From the NCBI GenBank assembly GCA_964431545.1, contig CAYSLC010000001.1, positions 44,386 to 108,385 of the forward strand: a stretch of DNA of 64,000 nucleotides, read 5' to 3'. Origin of the DNA: an uncultured Desulfobacteraceae bacterium (GTDB lineage: Bacteria; Desulfobacterota; Desulfobacteria; Desulfobacterales; JAABSP01). The position numbers and the translations under genes were made by a program. The notes under the pieces are model-generated. The model saw nothing but the letters and a program-made list of their open reading frames with translations, was not told the origin of the DNA and did not search any database. Positions within the stretch are counted from its first letter, which is position 1. Each line of letters starts with the position of its first letter. This document shows, piece by piece, positions 19,258-27,415 of the stretch.

Positions 19258-19737
19258 ATGAGACCCAAACCGTTCATCCCGGAAGCGCTGGAGGACGGGG
19301 GACCCTACGTTCGGGATCGGATCGGCGGGCTGGCCTGGCATCGATCCCCTTACCGGACCCTCTACGCCGACACCGACCGGTCCCAGGTGGTCTACCACGC
19401 CAATTACCTCCGCTATTTCGAAGTGGGACGGGCCACCCTGATGCGGGACGCGGCCTACCCCTACCGGGAGATCGAGGAGAGCGGCTTCGTCTACCCCATC
19501 ATCCAGGTGGGGATCGATTACCACAGTCCCCTGGGATATGATGACCCCATGGACATCTTCACCCGCCCGTCGGAACTGGAGCGGGTCCGGGTCCGTTTCG
19601 ACTATATCATCACCCACGGGACCACCGGCGAGATCGTCTGTAAGGGGTTCACCCGCCACTGCGCCATCGGCCCCAAGGGAACCCCTGTGGGGGTCGACCC
19701 CAAGACGGCCTGTCTGTGGGAGACCTTTCCCAAATAG
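19258..19737 (+). CDS. 4HBT/YbgC-type hotdog acyl thioesterase
   Basis: 159 aa. YADTDRSQVVYHANYLRYFEVGR is the typical 4HBT N-terminal catalytic-Asp segment. Confidence 0.75.
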   Translation: MRPKPFIPEALEDGGPYVRDRIGGLAWHRSPYRTLYADTDRSQVVYHANYLRYFEVGRATLMRDAAYPYREIEESGFVYPIIQVGIDYHSPLGYDDPMDIFTRPSELERVRVRFDYIITHGTTGEIVCKGFTRHCAIGPKGTPVGVDPKTACLWETFPK

Positions 19738-20588
19738 GCGAAACCCGCGTGATCCCGCTGGAGATCCGGGTCGCCCCTTATCTGCGGGACCACCGGTTCC
19801 AGGGGAGGACGGTCCTTCCGGCGGTGGAGGCCATGGGGCGCCTCGCCGCGTCGGTGGGACGGATCCGGCCGGGCGCGCGGACGGACCGGATCCGGGAGGC
19901 CAGGTTCGACAAGTTCCTCTTCATCGAAGCGCATGCCGAGGTCATCGAAGCCGCCGTTGAAATGGCGCTCCTGCCGGACGGCGCCACCACGGCCCGCCTG
20001 GTCACCCGGACCCGCTCTCCGAAAACCGGAATCACCCGGGCCAAGGTCCACGCCGCTCTCCGCTTCGCTGGACCGGCGTCGCGGGATGGTTTCGATCCGC
20101 CGCCCCTCGACCCCTTCGAACCTGCCGGCCATCCGTTTCGGATCTCCGCGGGCCGACTCTACCGGGAGCTGGTCCCCTTCGGTCCCGCCTTTCGGAACAT
20201 CCGGGGGGATGTCCGGATCGATCCCGCCCGAGCCGTGGCCGATGTCCACGCGGCGTGCCACGACCCGGCCCCCGGCCCCCTGGGCTCCCCTTTCCCCCTG
20301 GATGCCGCCTTCCACGCCGCCTGCGTCTGGGGCCAAAGGTTCGCCGGGGTGGTGGCGTTTCCGGTGGGGATCGACCGCCGGACCATCCACCGCCCCACCC
20401 GGTCCGGTGAAACCTACCGGGCGGTGGTCCGGCCGGTGGAGACCGGCCTTTCGACGCTGGTTTTCGATATCGGATTGTTCGACGCGGCGGACGGCCGGTC
20501 CTGCGAGCAGGTGCGCGGCCTCCGCATGCGGGACGTGACCGGCGGCCGGATGCGGCCGCCGGCATGGGTGGTACATCCGGATCGCTGA
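19716..20588 (+). CDS. free-standing PKS-type (double-hotdog) dehydratase-like protein
   Basis: 290 aa. LRDHRFQGRTVLPAVEAM matches the PKS DH HxxxGxxxxP motif, and the second half has LDAAFHAACVW (DxxxH/Q). The start is uncertain: the ATG at 19716 overlaps the thioesterase by 22 nt, and an alternative GTG lies near 19749. Confidence 0.6.
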   Translation: MGDLSQIGETRVIPLEIRVAPYLRDHRFQGRTVLPAVEAMGRLAASVGRIRPGARTDRIREARFDKFLFIEAHAEVIEAAVEMALLPDGATTARLVTRTRSPKTGITRAKVHAALRFAGPASRDGFDPPPLDPFEPAGHPFRISAGRLYRELVPFGPAFRNIRGDVRIDPARAVADVHAACHDPAPGPLGSPFPLDAAFHAACVWGQRFAGVVAFPVGIDRRTIHRPTRSGETYRAVVRPVETGLSTLVFDIGLFDAADGRSCEQVRGLRMRDVTGGRMRPPAWVVHPDR

Positions 20589-20644
20589 CCAGACAATTCC
20601 CTTCCGGAACAAAATGGAACGAAAGGTTTCCCCAAAAAAAATTC

Positions 20645-20672
20645 TTGATTCGTGTACAAGATATGATAATTA
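20645..20672 (+). promoter_or_regulatory. possible sigma-70 promoter (TTGATT-N16-TAATTA) for the CBS/DASS operon
   Basis: Read directly in the low-GC 210-nt gap upstream of 20800. No experimental support. Confidence 0.3.
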
Positions 20673-20799
20673 CGGCATCTTGTGCGGATGCCAACCTGTT
20701 TCAAATGCGGATCGCGCTCGGGAAGGGCGGAGATGAGCGAGGGGCCGCGGGGGTAGAACCATGTTTTCTCCGATCCCTGTCGGAGAGAGGAGGTGCGGG

Positions 20800-21366
20800 A
20801 TGAAATCAAAGAGGGTAAAGGAATTGATGGTGCCGCTTTCCGAGTACGCCACTGTTTCGAAAGAGGCCACATTGTTTCAGGCGGTACAGGCGTTGGAAAA
20901 GGCCCAGGAGGAGTTCGATCAGACGCGGTACCGCCATCGGGCGGTGCTGATCTACGATGAGAACGATGCTATCGTCGGCAAGATCAGCCAGAACGACATC
21001 CTCCGGGCCTTGGAGCCCAAGTACGAACAGCTCGGCGACCCCAATTCCCTTTCCCGCTTCGGCTTTCCACGGACCTTTCAGAAAACGATGATGGAACAGA
21101 TGCAGCTCTGGGACAAGCCGTTGCGGGATATTTGCCGCAAGGCCGCCGACCTCCAGGTGAAAAGTTTCATGTATACGCCCCAGGATGGAGAGTACGTTCC
21201 CGAGGATGCGACCCTCGACGAAGCCATCCACCAGCTGGTGATGGGACGGCACCAGTCCCTTCTGGTCACCGAGGGGAAAAAGGGCAAGCGGATCGTGGGC
21301 ATCCTGCGCCTCACGGATGTCTTCAAGGCGGTATCCGAGGTCATGGCCGAGTGTGAACTGAAATAG
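20800..21366 (+). CDS. CBS-domain-pair protein
   Basis: An ATG at 20800 follows GAGAGGAGG. The two CBS-like halves are VKELMVPLSEYATVSKEATLFQAVQAL and VKSFMYTP..ATLDEAIHQLVMGRHQSLLVTE. It is a paralogue of 31685..32236. Confidence 0.75.
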   Translation: MKSKRVKELMVPLSEYATVSKEATLFQAVQALEKAQEEFDQTRYRHRAVLIYDENDAIVGKISQNDILRALEPKYEQLGDPNSLSRFGFPRTFQKTMMEQMQLWDKPLRDICRKAADLQVKSFMYTPQDGEYVPEDATLDEAIHQLVMGRHQSLLVTEGKKGKRIVGILRLTDVFKAVSEVMAECELK

Positions 21367-21410
21367 AAGACCGAAAACGCAGCTGTTCGGGAACGGGAGG
21401 GGTATTACAA

Positions 21411-22874
21411 ATGGCAAACAACGAAAATTCGAGTTTCAACTGGAACAGATTGGTCTTCATGCTCACCGGCGTGGTCCTCTTTACCGTTGTCTATTTCTCT
21501 CCGCCCTGGCCGGACGCCGTGGATCCGCTCGGAGAACGTTTCGTCCTGTCCCGGGAGGGCAAAGGCGCCCTGGCGGTCTTCCTGCTGGCCGGCACCTGGT
21601 GGGTCTTCGAAGTGGTCCCCATCGGTGTGACCAGCCTGGCCATCGGCGTTCTCCAGGCCCTCTTCATGATCCGGCCCGCCAAGGTGGCCTTCAAGGATTT
21701 CATGGATCCATCGGTGATGTTCATCTTCGCCTCCATCGTCATCGGGCTGGTCTTCACCAAGACGGGATTGACCAAGCGGCTCGCCTACAAGATGTTGGAG
21801 ATCGTGGGGGAGAAGACCAGCATGATCTACCTGGGTTGCTTTCTGGTCACCTCGGCCCTGACCCACATCATGGCCCACACGGCGGTGGCGGCCACCATCT
21901 ATCCGCTTCTGCTCGCCATCTACAGCCTCTACGGGGAGGGGGACAAGCCGACGAAGTTCGGCAAGGGCCTTTTCATGGGGATGGCCTACGTGGCCGGCGC
22001 CGGGAGTATCGTGACCCTCCTCGGGGCGGCCCGGGGGGCCGTGGCCATCGGCTTTTACAAGGACATCGTGGGGGAGGAGATCACCTTCTTCGGTCTGACC
22101 TACTACATGTTTCCCATCGGGTGGATCATGACCTTCCTGCTGTGGGGGTTCTTCATGGTCTTCTTCAAACCCGAAAAGGAACGGATTCCGGGACTGCGGG
22201 AGCGGGCCAAGCTCCTCAACGCCGAGCTGGGGTCGATCACCCAAAAGGAGATCATCGCCGGTGTCATCGTGCTCCTCTGTATCATCACCATGTCCCTGCG
22301 CTCTTTCGTTCCGGCCTTGGCGGCCATCGACAAGACCGCCATCATCCTCATCTCCACCATCCTCTTTTTCATCTTCAAGATCCTCGACCTGGACGACCTG
22401 GAAGATATCCCCTGGAACATCATTCTGCTTTTCGCCGGGGCCATGAGCATCGGCTTCTGCCTCTGGGAGACCGGGGCCGCCAAGTGGCTCGCCGTCAACT
22501 GGCTGGTGATGTTCCAGGAGGCCAACTGGTTCATCTTCGTCATGGCCATCGCCTTCTTCGTGATGCTCATGACCAACTTCATCATGAACGTGGCGGCCAT
22601 CGCCATCTCCCTGCCCGTGGCCCTGGTGATCGCGCCCTATCTCAAGGTCGCGCCGGAGGTGATCCTCTTCGCCTCTCTGGTGGTGGCGGGCATGCCCTTC
22701 CTCCTGCTGGTGGGCGCGGCCCCCAACGCCATCGCCTACGACTCCAAGCAGTTCACCACCGGCGAGTTCTTCCTCTACGGGCTGCCGGCAAGCCTTCTGC
22801 TGATGGTGATCGTGGGCCTGGCCGCGCTGGTGATCTGGCCCATGATGGGGATGCCCGTCACGGTGCCCGGATAA
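21411..22874 (+). CDS. DASS/SLC13-type (ArsB/NhaD superfamily) anion:Na+ symporter
   Basis: 487 aa and polytopic. The repeated hairpin-helix architecture and the sequence style (..VVPIGVTSLAIGVL.., ..GAAPNAIAY..) are typical of divalent-anion:sodium symporters. Confidence 0.75.
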   Translation: MANNENSSFNWNRLVFMLTGVVLFTVVYFSPPWPDAVDPLGERFVLSREGKGALAVFLLAGTWWVFEVVPIGVTSLAIGVLQALFMIRPAKVAFKDFMDPSVMFIFASIVIGLVFTKTGLTKRLAYKMLEIVGEKTSMIYLGCFLVTSALTHIMAHTAVAATIYPLLLAIYSLYGEGDKPTKFGKGLFMGMAYVAGAGSIVTLLGAARGAVAIGFYKDIVGEEITFFGLTYYMFPIGWIMTFLLWGFFMVFFKPEKERIPGLRERAKLLNAELGSITQKEIIAGVIVLLCIITMSLRSFVPALAAIDKTAIILISTILFFIFKILDLDDLEDIPWNIILLFAGAMSIGFCLWETGAAKWLAVNWLVMFQEANWFIFVMAIAFFVMLMTNFIMNVAAIAISLPVALVIAPYLKVAPEVILFASLVVAGMPFLLLVGAAPNAIAYDSKQFTTGEFFLYGLPASLLLMVIVGLAALVIWPMMGMPVTVPG

Positions 22875-22920
22875 GCCGGGAAACATCGGGATCGACGATG
22901 GGGTGTTGGTCCTGAGAATC

Positions 22921-22962
22921 AAAAAAGGGCCGCCCGGTCCATCGACCGGCGCGGCCCTTTTC
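22921..22962. terminator. bidirectional intrinsic terminator between convergent genes
   Basis: The sequence aaaaaa-GGGCCGCCCGGTC-catc-GACCGGCGCGGCCC-tttt has an A-run on one side and a T-run on the other, and lies between the + transporter and the - response regulator. Confidence 0.7.
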
Positions 22963-23019
22963 CGTTTCCATTCCACCCGCCCGATCCCCGGGCCTCCCGG
23001 CCCAAGGAGGAGCGGCCCG

Positions 23020-23448
23020 CTACCACCCCTTGGCCGACATGATCTTCTTGAGCTTCTCCTCGGTCTTCTTGTCCACGAGAATCATCTTCTGGGCCCGGGC
23101 CTGTCTGATCTTCTCCGTCAGCGCGTTCATGTCGATGGGCTTTTCCAGGAAGTCCATGGCACCGAGCTTCATGGCCTCCACCCCCTTTTCCACGGTGGCG
23201 TGGCCGGTGAGAAGGATCACCTGGAGGTCGGGGTTCTTCTCCTTGAGGGCGGCCAGGGCCTCGATGCCGTCCATCTCCGGCATCATCAGATCGAGCACCA
23301 CCGCGTCGTAGTCTCCCGCCTGGGCCTGTTTCAGGGCCTCGACGGCGGATGAGGAAGTGGATACATCGATTCCCCGGGCCTTCATCCGTTCGGACATGGC
23401 GTCGAGGAATTCGGTCTCGTCGTCGACGAGAAGCACTTTGTCACTCAT
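23020..23448 (-). CDS. single-domain response regulator (receiver) with short C-terminal tail
   Basis: VLLVDDE, AVVLDLMMPEMDG, ILLTGH and FLEKP mean all phospho-acceptor pocket residues are present. Confidence 0.9.
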   Translation of the reverse strand: MSDKVLLVDDETEFLDAMSERMKARGIDVSTSSSAVEALKQAQAGDYDAVVLDLMMPEMDGIEALAALKEKNPDLQVILLTGHATVEKGVEAMKLGAMDFLEKPIDMNALTEKIRQARAQKMILVDKKTEEKLKKIMSAKGW

Positions 23449-23526
23449 GATCGGCTCCTTTCGATAATTGGTATGCCTACATCCGGACGCGGTGGGGGGA
23501 TCCGAGGCCGTACCGACGGGATCGGA

Positions 23527-24177
23527 TCAATCGGGGAAGGCCACGGTGATCTTCCCGGCCCCGGCGTCGACCCGGACATCGGCGCTCAACAGCTCCATGA
23601 TCCGGGCCTCCCGTTCGCCGGGGAAGGCGGCGGCCGCCTCGGCCAGGGCGGTCAGGCCCGTGAAGGTCACGGCGGGTCCGTCCTCCCCCTGCTCCACGGC
23701 GATGGCCACGGACTTTCCGGCCCCGGCCGCGTCCAGGGACTGGTCGAGGCACTGGAACAGGAGGTTCTCGAGGAAATACGGGTTGGTGGTCACCGTCACC
23801 GGTGAGGGCGGCGGGGTGTAGGCCACGGTTACGTTCTTGTTCGAAATGAATCGGTTGGACAGGGAGACCACCAGACCCACGACATCCCCGAGATCCGTCT
23901 GGGAGACCGGTTCGTCCACGCTGTGGGAGAAGCGGTTCATCCGCCTGACGATATCGTCCGCCCGGCGTACTTGCTTCAGGAGATTCCCGGCCAATTTCTT
24001 CAGGCGTTCGGGCTCGATGGTCTTCCCCTTCTCCGCCATGAAACAGAAATCTTCCAGAAGCCCCGCGTTTTCGTTGAGGATGGCCAAGGCGTTCTTGATT
24101 TCATGGGAGATGGATGCCGAGATCTTTCCGAAGAACTGCAGACCGGTTTCGGCGAGGGGGTCGGGACGTTGTTCCAT
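23527..24177 (-). CDS. short cytoplasmic HisKA protein with degenerate ATP-binding domain
   Basis: 216 aa. The H-box ISASISHEIKNALAIL is present. The expected N-box reads NLLFQCLDQSL and no clear DxGxG/GxGxG boxes are seen (EQGEDGPAVTFTGLTALAE). Confidence 0.7.
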   Translation of the reverse strand: MEQRPDPLAETGLQFFGKISASISHEIKNALAILNENAGLLEDFCFMAEKGKTIEPERLKKLAGNLLKQVRRADDIVRRMNRFSHSVDEPVSQTDLGDVVGLVVSLSNRFISNKNVTVAYTPPPSPVTVTTNPYFLENLLFQCLDQSLDAAGAGKSVAIAVEQGEDGPAVTFTGLTALAEAAAAFPGEREARIMELLSADVRVDAGAGKITVAFPD

Positions 24178-24189
24178 GGACAGGCTCCT

Positions 24190-24543
24190 TTACTCGTTGA
24201 GGGCTTCTTCCATTCTTTCCACCAGGGCCTCCAGCTTGACCGGCTTCACAAGGTAGTGGGAGGCGTCCGTTGAACCGGCCCGGAAATCCTCTTCGGACCC
24301 ATGCCCCGTCATGAAGATGAACTTCATCTCCGGATGGCGTTCCCGAAGGCGTTTCATCAGGCTGATGCCGCCCATCTTGGGCATCTTTACGTCGAGCACC
24401 GCCACATTGTAGTTCTTTTTTTCAGCCAGTTCCAGGGCCTCGTGTCCGGAAGTGGCCCAGTCCGCTTCGATCCCCCTGAAAGAGAGCCGCTCGGCCAGCG
24501 TGGCCACCAGCTCCCGTTCATCGTCCACCAGCAATGCAATCAC
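24190..24543 (-). CDS. single-domain response regulator
   Basis: GTG start. ALLVDDE, VAVLDVKMPKMGG, IFMTGH and YLVKP are present. Confidence 0.9.
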   Translation of the reverse strand: MIALLVDDERELVATLAERLSFRGIEADWATSGHEALELAEKKNYNVAVLDVKMPKMGGISLMKRLRERHPEMKFIFMTGHGSEEDFRAGSTDASHYLVKPVKLEALVERMEEALNE

Positions 24544-24547
24544 CTTG

Positions 24548-26281
24548 TCATCCCTCCTTGCCCTCCGGGTTCACGGGCAGGGTCACCGTGAAGGTGGACC
24601 CCTTGCCCAGCTCGCTGTCGGCCTTGATCTTTCCCCCCAGCTCCTGGACCAGGTTATAGGTGATGGACAGGCCCAGGCCCGTGCCCCCCTTTGTGGAACG
24701 GGTGGTGAAGAACGGCTCGAAGATCCGTTCGAGGTTCTTCTTGGGGATCCCCTGGCCGTCGTCGGAAAAGGAGACCGACACCCATCGATCGTTTTTGGGC
24801 CGGACCGCCACCGTCAGTGAGCCGCCCTCCTTGATGAAGGAGAAGGCGTTGTTGACCAGATTCAGAAAGATCTGCTGGAGCTTGCCCCGGTCGCTCTCGA
24901 TCTCCGGCATCTCGTCGGCCACCTCCAGGGTGACGGAGATGGACCGGTACTCCGCCTCCTTCTGGACGAACCCCAGAACCTCCTCTATGATCGGCCGGAG
25001 CTTCACCCTGCCGAGCGCCGATTCTTGGTGCCGGGCGAAGGAGAGCACCCTTTTGGTGATGGTTCCGCACCGCTCCACGGAGTGAAGGACCGAGTCGACC
25101 AGTCCCAGCAGCCGGGGGTCCTCTTTGTATTCGGGTTTGTAGGTGAAGAAGTCCTTGATGAGTCCCGCCTTTTCGTAGATGATCTGGAGCGGGTTGTTGA
25201 TCTCGTGGGCCACTCCGGCCGCCATCCGGCCGATGGAGGCCATCTTGTTGGCGTACTCCACCTCATGCAGGGCCATGACCCGTCGCCGATCGGCCGTGTA
25301 GATGTTGTTGACCAGATAGGTGGCCATGCCGATGATCACCACCAGGATGAAAGTGATGCTCAGCCCCAGAAAACCGATGATCTTCCGGCGCGTCTGGTAC
25401 CAGGAGTGCATCAGCTCCTCCTTGTCCTTGATCACCATCAGAATGAAGGGGGTGTCGAGGATATAGGCGTATCCCACCAGGAGGGGCCCGTCGTCGGGCC
25501 GGTCCTTCTGGAAGACCTGGGTCTTTTCCGAAAACCGGGGGACCTCGAAATCGATCTTCTCCAGCACCTCCCAGCCGCAGTCGAGGCAGGGGGTCTGGAG
25601 AATCCCCTCCCGGTTGATGATGATGGCCGCGCCGCTTCCCATCACCTGCAACTGGTGGAGAAGGAGGTTGAACCGCTCCAGGTCCACCGAGGCCCGGAGC
25701 ACGAAAAACGAGCCGCTCGGCAGGTCGTGTTTTACGGCGATGACGAAGTGCGGGGTCCGCCGGTACCCCAAAAAGACGTCGCTGATGTAATGGCCCCGCT
25801 CGGCCACCTCCCGGAACCACTCCTGGCCGCTGTAGTTCTTCCCCTCCAGGGAGTGGGGCCCCACGTAGGTCTGCTGGAGGCCCTGGGCGTCGATGACCCC
25901 GAGGTCGGCGAAGCCGCCCAGCCCCTTTTTCAGATTCTCCAGAATGGTCGACAGCCGTTCCGGGTTCCGGAGCGAGGCCAAGGTGTTGTCCCGGACGATG
26001 AATTCCAGGGCGAAGCGGCGCTCCTCCAGAAAGAAGGTGACCGTCCTGCGGGTGTTGGAGACGAACCGGGAGGTTCGCAGGATGATCTCCGACTCCGTGG
26101 CCTTTCGGGTGACGGCGTAATCGGCGAAGGTGATGAAGATGAGGGGAAGCAGGACCACGACGGAGACGAAGATCACCGCCTGGTACCAGATGCGCCGGAA
26201 ATCGAACAGGCGCGCGTAATGGCCGGCGGCGGCGTCCTCGTGGTCCCAGAACCGGGGTTTGATTCGATCGAAAAAGGACAT
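24548..26281 (-). CDS. Cache-type periplasmic sensor histidine kinase
   Basis: 577 aa. Two TM helices flank a ~270-aa extracytoplasmic domain. H-box AAGVAHEINNPLQII, N-box LNLVNNAFSF, G-boxes DDGQGIP and GGTGLGLSI. Confidence 0.9.
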   Translation of the reverse strand: MSFFDRIKPRFWDHEDAAAGHYARLFDFRRIWYQAVIFVSVVVLLPLIFITFADYAVTRKATESEIILRTSRFVSNTRRTVTFFLEERRFALEFIVRDNTLASLRNPERLSTILENLKKGLGGFADLGVIDAQGLQQTYVGPHSLEGKNYSGQEWFREVAERGHYISDVFLGYRRTPHFVIAVKHDLPSGSFFVLRASVDLERFNLLLHQLQVMGSGAAIIINREGILQTPCLDCGWEVLEKIDFEVPRFSEKTQVFQKDRPDDGPLLVGYAYILDTPFILMVIKDKEELMHSWYQTRRKIIGFLGLSITFILVVIIGMATYLVNNIYTADRRRVMALHEVEYANKMASIGRMAAGVAHEINNPLQIIYEKAGLIKDFFTYKPEYKEDPRLLGLVDSVLHSVERCGTITKRVLSFARHQESALGRVKLRPIIEEVLGFVQKEAEYRSISVTLEVADEMPEIESDRGKLQQIFLNLVNNAFSFIKEGGSLTVAVRPKNDRWVSVSFSDDGQGIPKKNLERIFEPFFTTRSTKGGTGLGLSITYNLVQELGGKIKADSELGKGSTFTVTLPVNPEGKEG

Positions 26282-26365
26282 TCCACAACTCTGACGAGGG
26301 GTTGATATGACTCAACGGGAAATGTCCCGCCGAGCGGTCCGGCGATCCGGAAGGATGGTTCGGGA

Positions 26366-26830
26366 TCAGTCCTCGTCTTTGTCCATGATGTCCTTGGCGG
26401 TGTCGAACTCGCCGGCCTCGGCAAAGGTGGCCGCCATGATCGATTTGTCGATCTTTTTCTTGTAGGCGGTGCGGATGGTGCTGACGATGGTCTCGATATC
26501 GGCCGGTTTCTGAAGATACTCGAAGGCGCCCAGCTTTCGGGCTTCCTTTTCATCTTTCTCCGAACCATGGCCGGTGAGCATGATCACCTGAACCTGGGGA
26601 TAGGCCTTCTTGACCCGCCGTAAAACCTCCATGCCGTCGATTCCGGGCATCTTGAGGTCGAGAATCATGACATCCGGAACTTCGTCCTTCACGACCTTGA
26701 GGGCCTGTTCCCCGTCATAAGCGATGTCCGAACCGAGGTTCCGCATCTCGATCCGCTCGGACAGGGTCTTGACGAACTCCTCTTCGTCGTCCACCAAAAG
26801 GACCTTGATGTTTTCCTTATCTTTTCCCAT
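26366..26830 (-). CDS. response regulator (receiver) with C-terminal MAATFAEAGE-motif tail
   Basis: The start is taken at MGKDKENIKVLLVDDE (ATG 26830). DVMILDLKMPGIDG, IMLTGH and YLQKP are present. The tail reads KSIMAATFAEAGEFDTAKDIMDKDED. Confidence 0.85.
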   Translation of the reverse strand: MGKDKENIKVLLVDDEEEFVKTLSERIEMRNLGSDIAYDGEQALKVVKDEVPDVMILDLKMPGIDGMEVLRRVKKAYPQVQVIMLTGHGSEKDEKEARKLGAFEYLQKPADIETIVSTIRTAYKKKIDKSIMAATFAEAGEFDTAKDIMDKDED

Positions 26831-27386
26831 CGTTCTCTCCCTTCTGATCTCCCGTGAGTCGGGTGGTTTTTCCCTCGGCTCCGGCATCGCCGGACGGCGC
26901 CGCGGGGGACTTTTCGATGAACGCCAGGGCCGTTTCCGGCTCCCCAGCCTCCGCGAAGGCGGCGGCCATCATGGCGTCCTGGTAGCGCTTGAAAAACGAC
27001 CTCTTTGTCCGCTCCCCGGACGTCTTGCGCTGGTAGGCCTCCTTGATGCGCTCCACCAGCTTCTTGACATCGAAGGGGACGAAGAAATCGTCGAAGGCCC
27101 CCAGTTTCATGCCCTCGATGGAGAGGGAGAGCTGGGCGGCCCCGTTGAGCAGGATGACCTCGGTCAGCGGGTTGAGCTTCTTGATCTGCCGTAGCAGGGT
27201 CAGCCCCTCCTCCCTCAACCCGCCGAGGCTCAACAGCACCACGTCGATCTTATGATGTCGGATCGTTTTCTTCAACCCTGCCGCGCCGTCGGACTCGAAT
27301 ACCCGAAACGGATCGGTCTCCAGGCGCTGTTGCAGACTTCGCCTGAAGAACCGGTCCGAATCGATGATCAGAAGGTTGATCCCCAT
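26817..27386 (-). CDS. pseudo-receiver protein with C-terminal MMAAAFAEAGE-motif tail
   Basis: The fold is receiver-like (MGINLLIIDSD..). However, the acceptor position reads VVLLSLGG (Asp to Ser), the Thr position reads ILLNG and the Lys position reads FFVPF. The tail reads DAMMAAAFAEAGEPETALAFI. Confidence 0.8.
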   Translation of the reverse strand: MGINLLIIDSDRFFRRSLQQRLETDPFRVFESDGAAGLKKTIRHHKIDVVLLSLGGLREEGLTLLRQIKKLNPLTEVILLNGAAQLSLSIEGMKLGAFDDFFVPFDVKKLVERIKEAYQRKTSGERTKRSFFKRYQDAMMAAAFAEAGEPETALAFIEKSPAAPSGDAGAEGKTTRLTGDQKGENDGKR

Positions 27387-27415
27387 GAGTGAGCGCGGTT
27401 GCCCGCTACATACGG

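Noticed and set aside
17337-19277. 646-aa minus-strand ORF
   Set aside because: It is antisense to the two ketosynthase genes, which have intact catalytic triads.
21405-22976. 523-aa minus-strand ORF
   Set aside because: It is antisense to the polytopic DASS transporter. Its His/Asp/Gly/Glu-rich translation is nonsensical.
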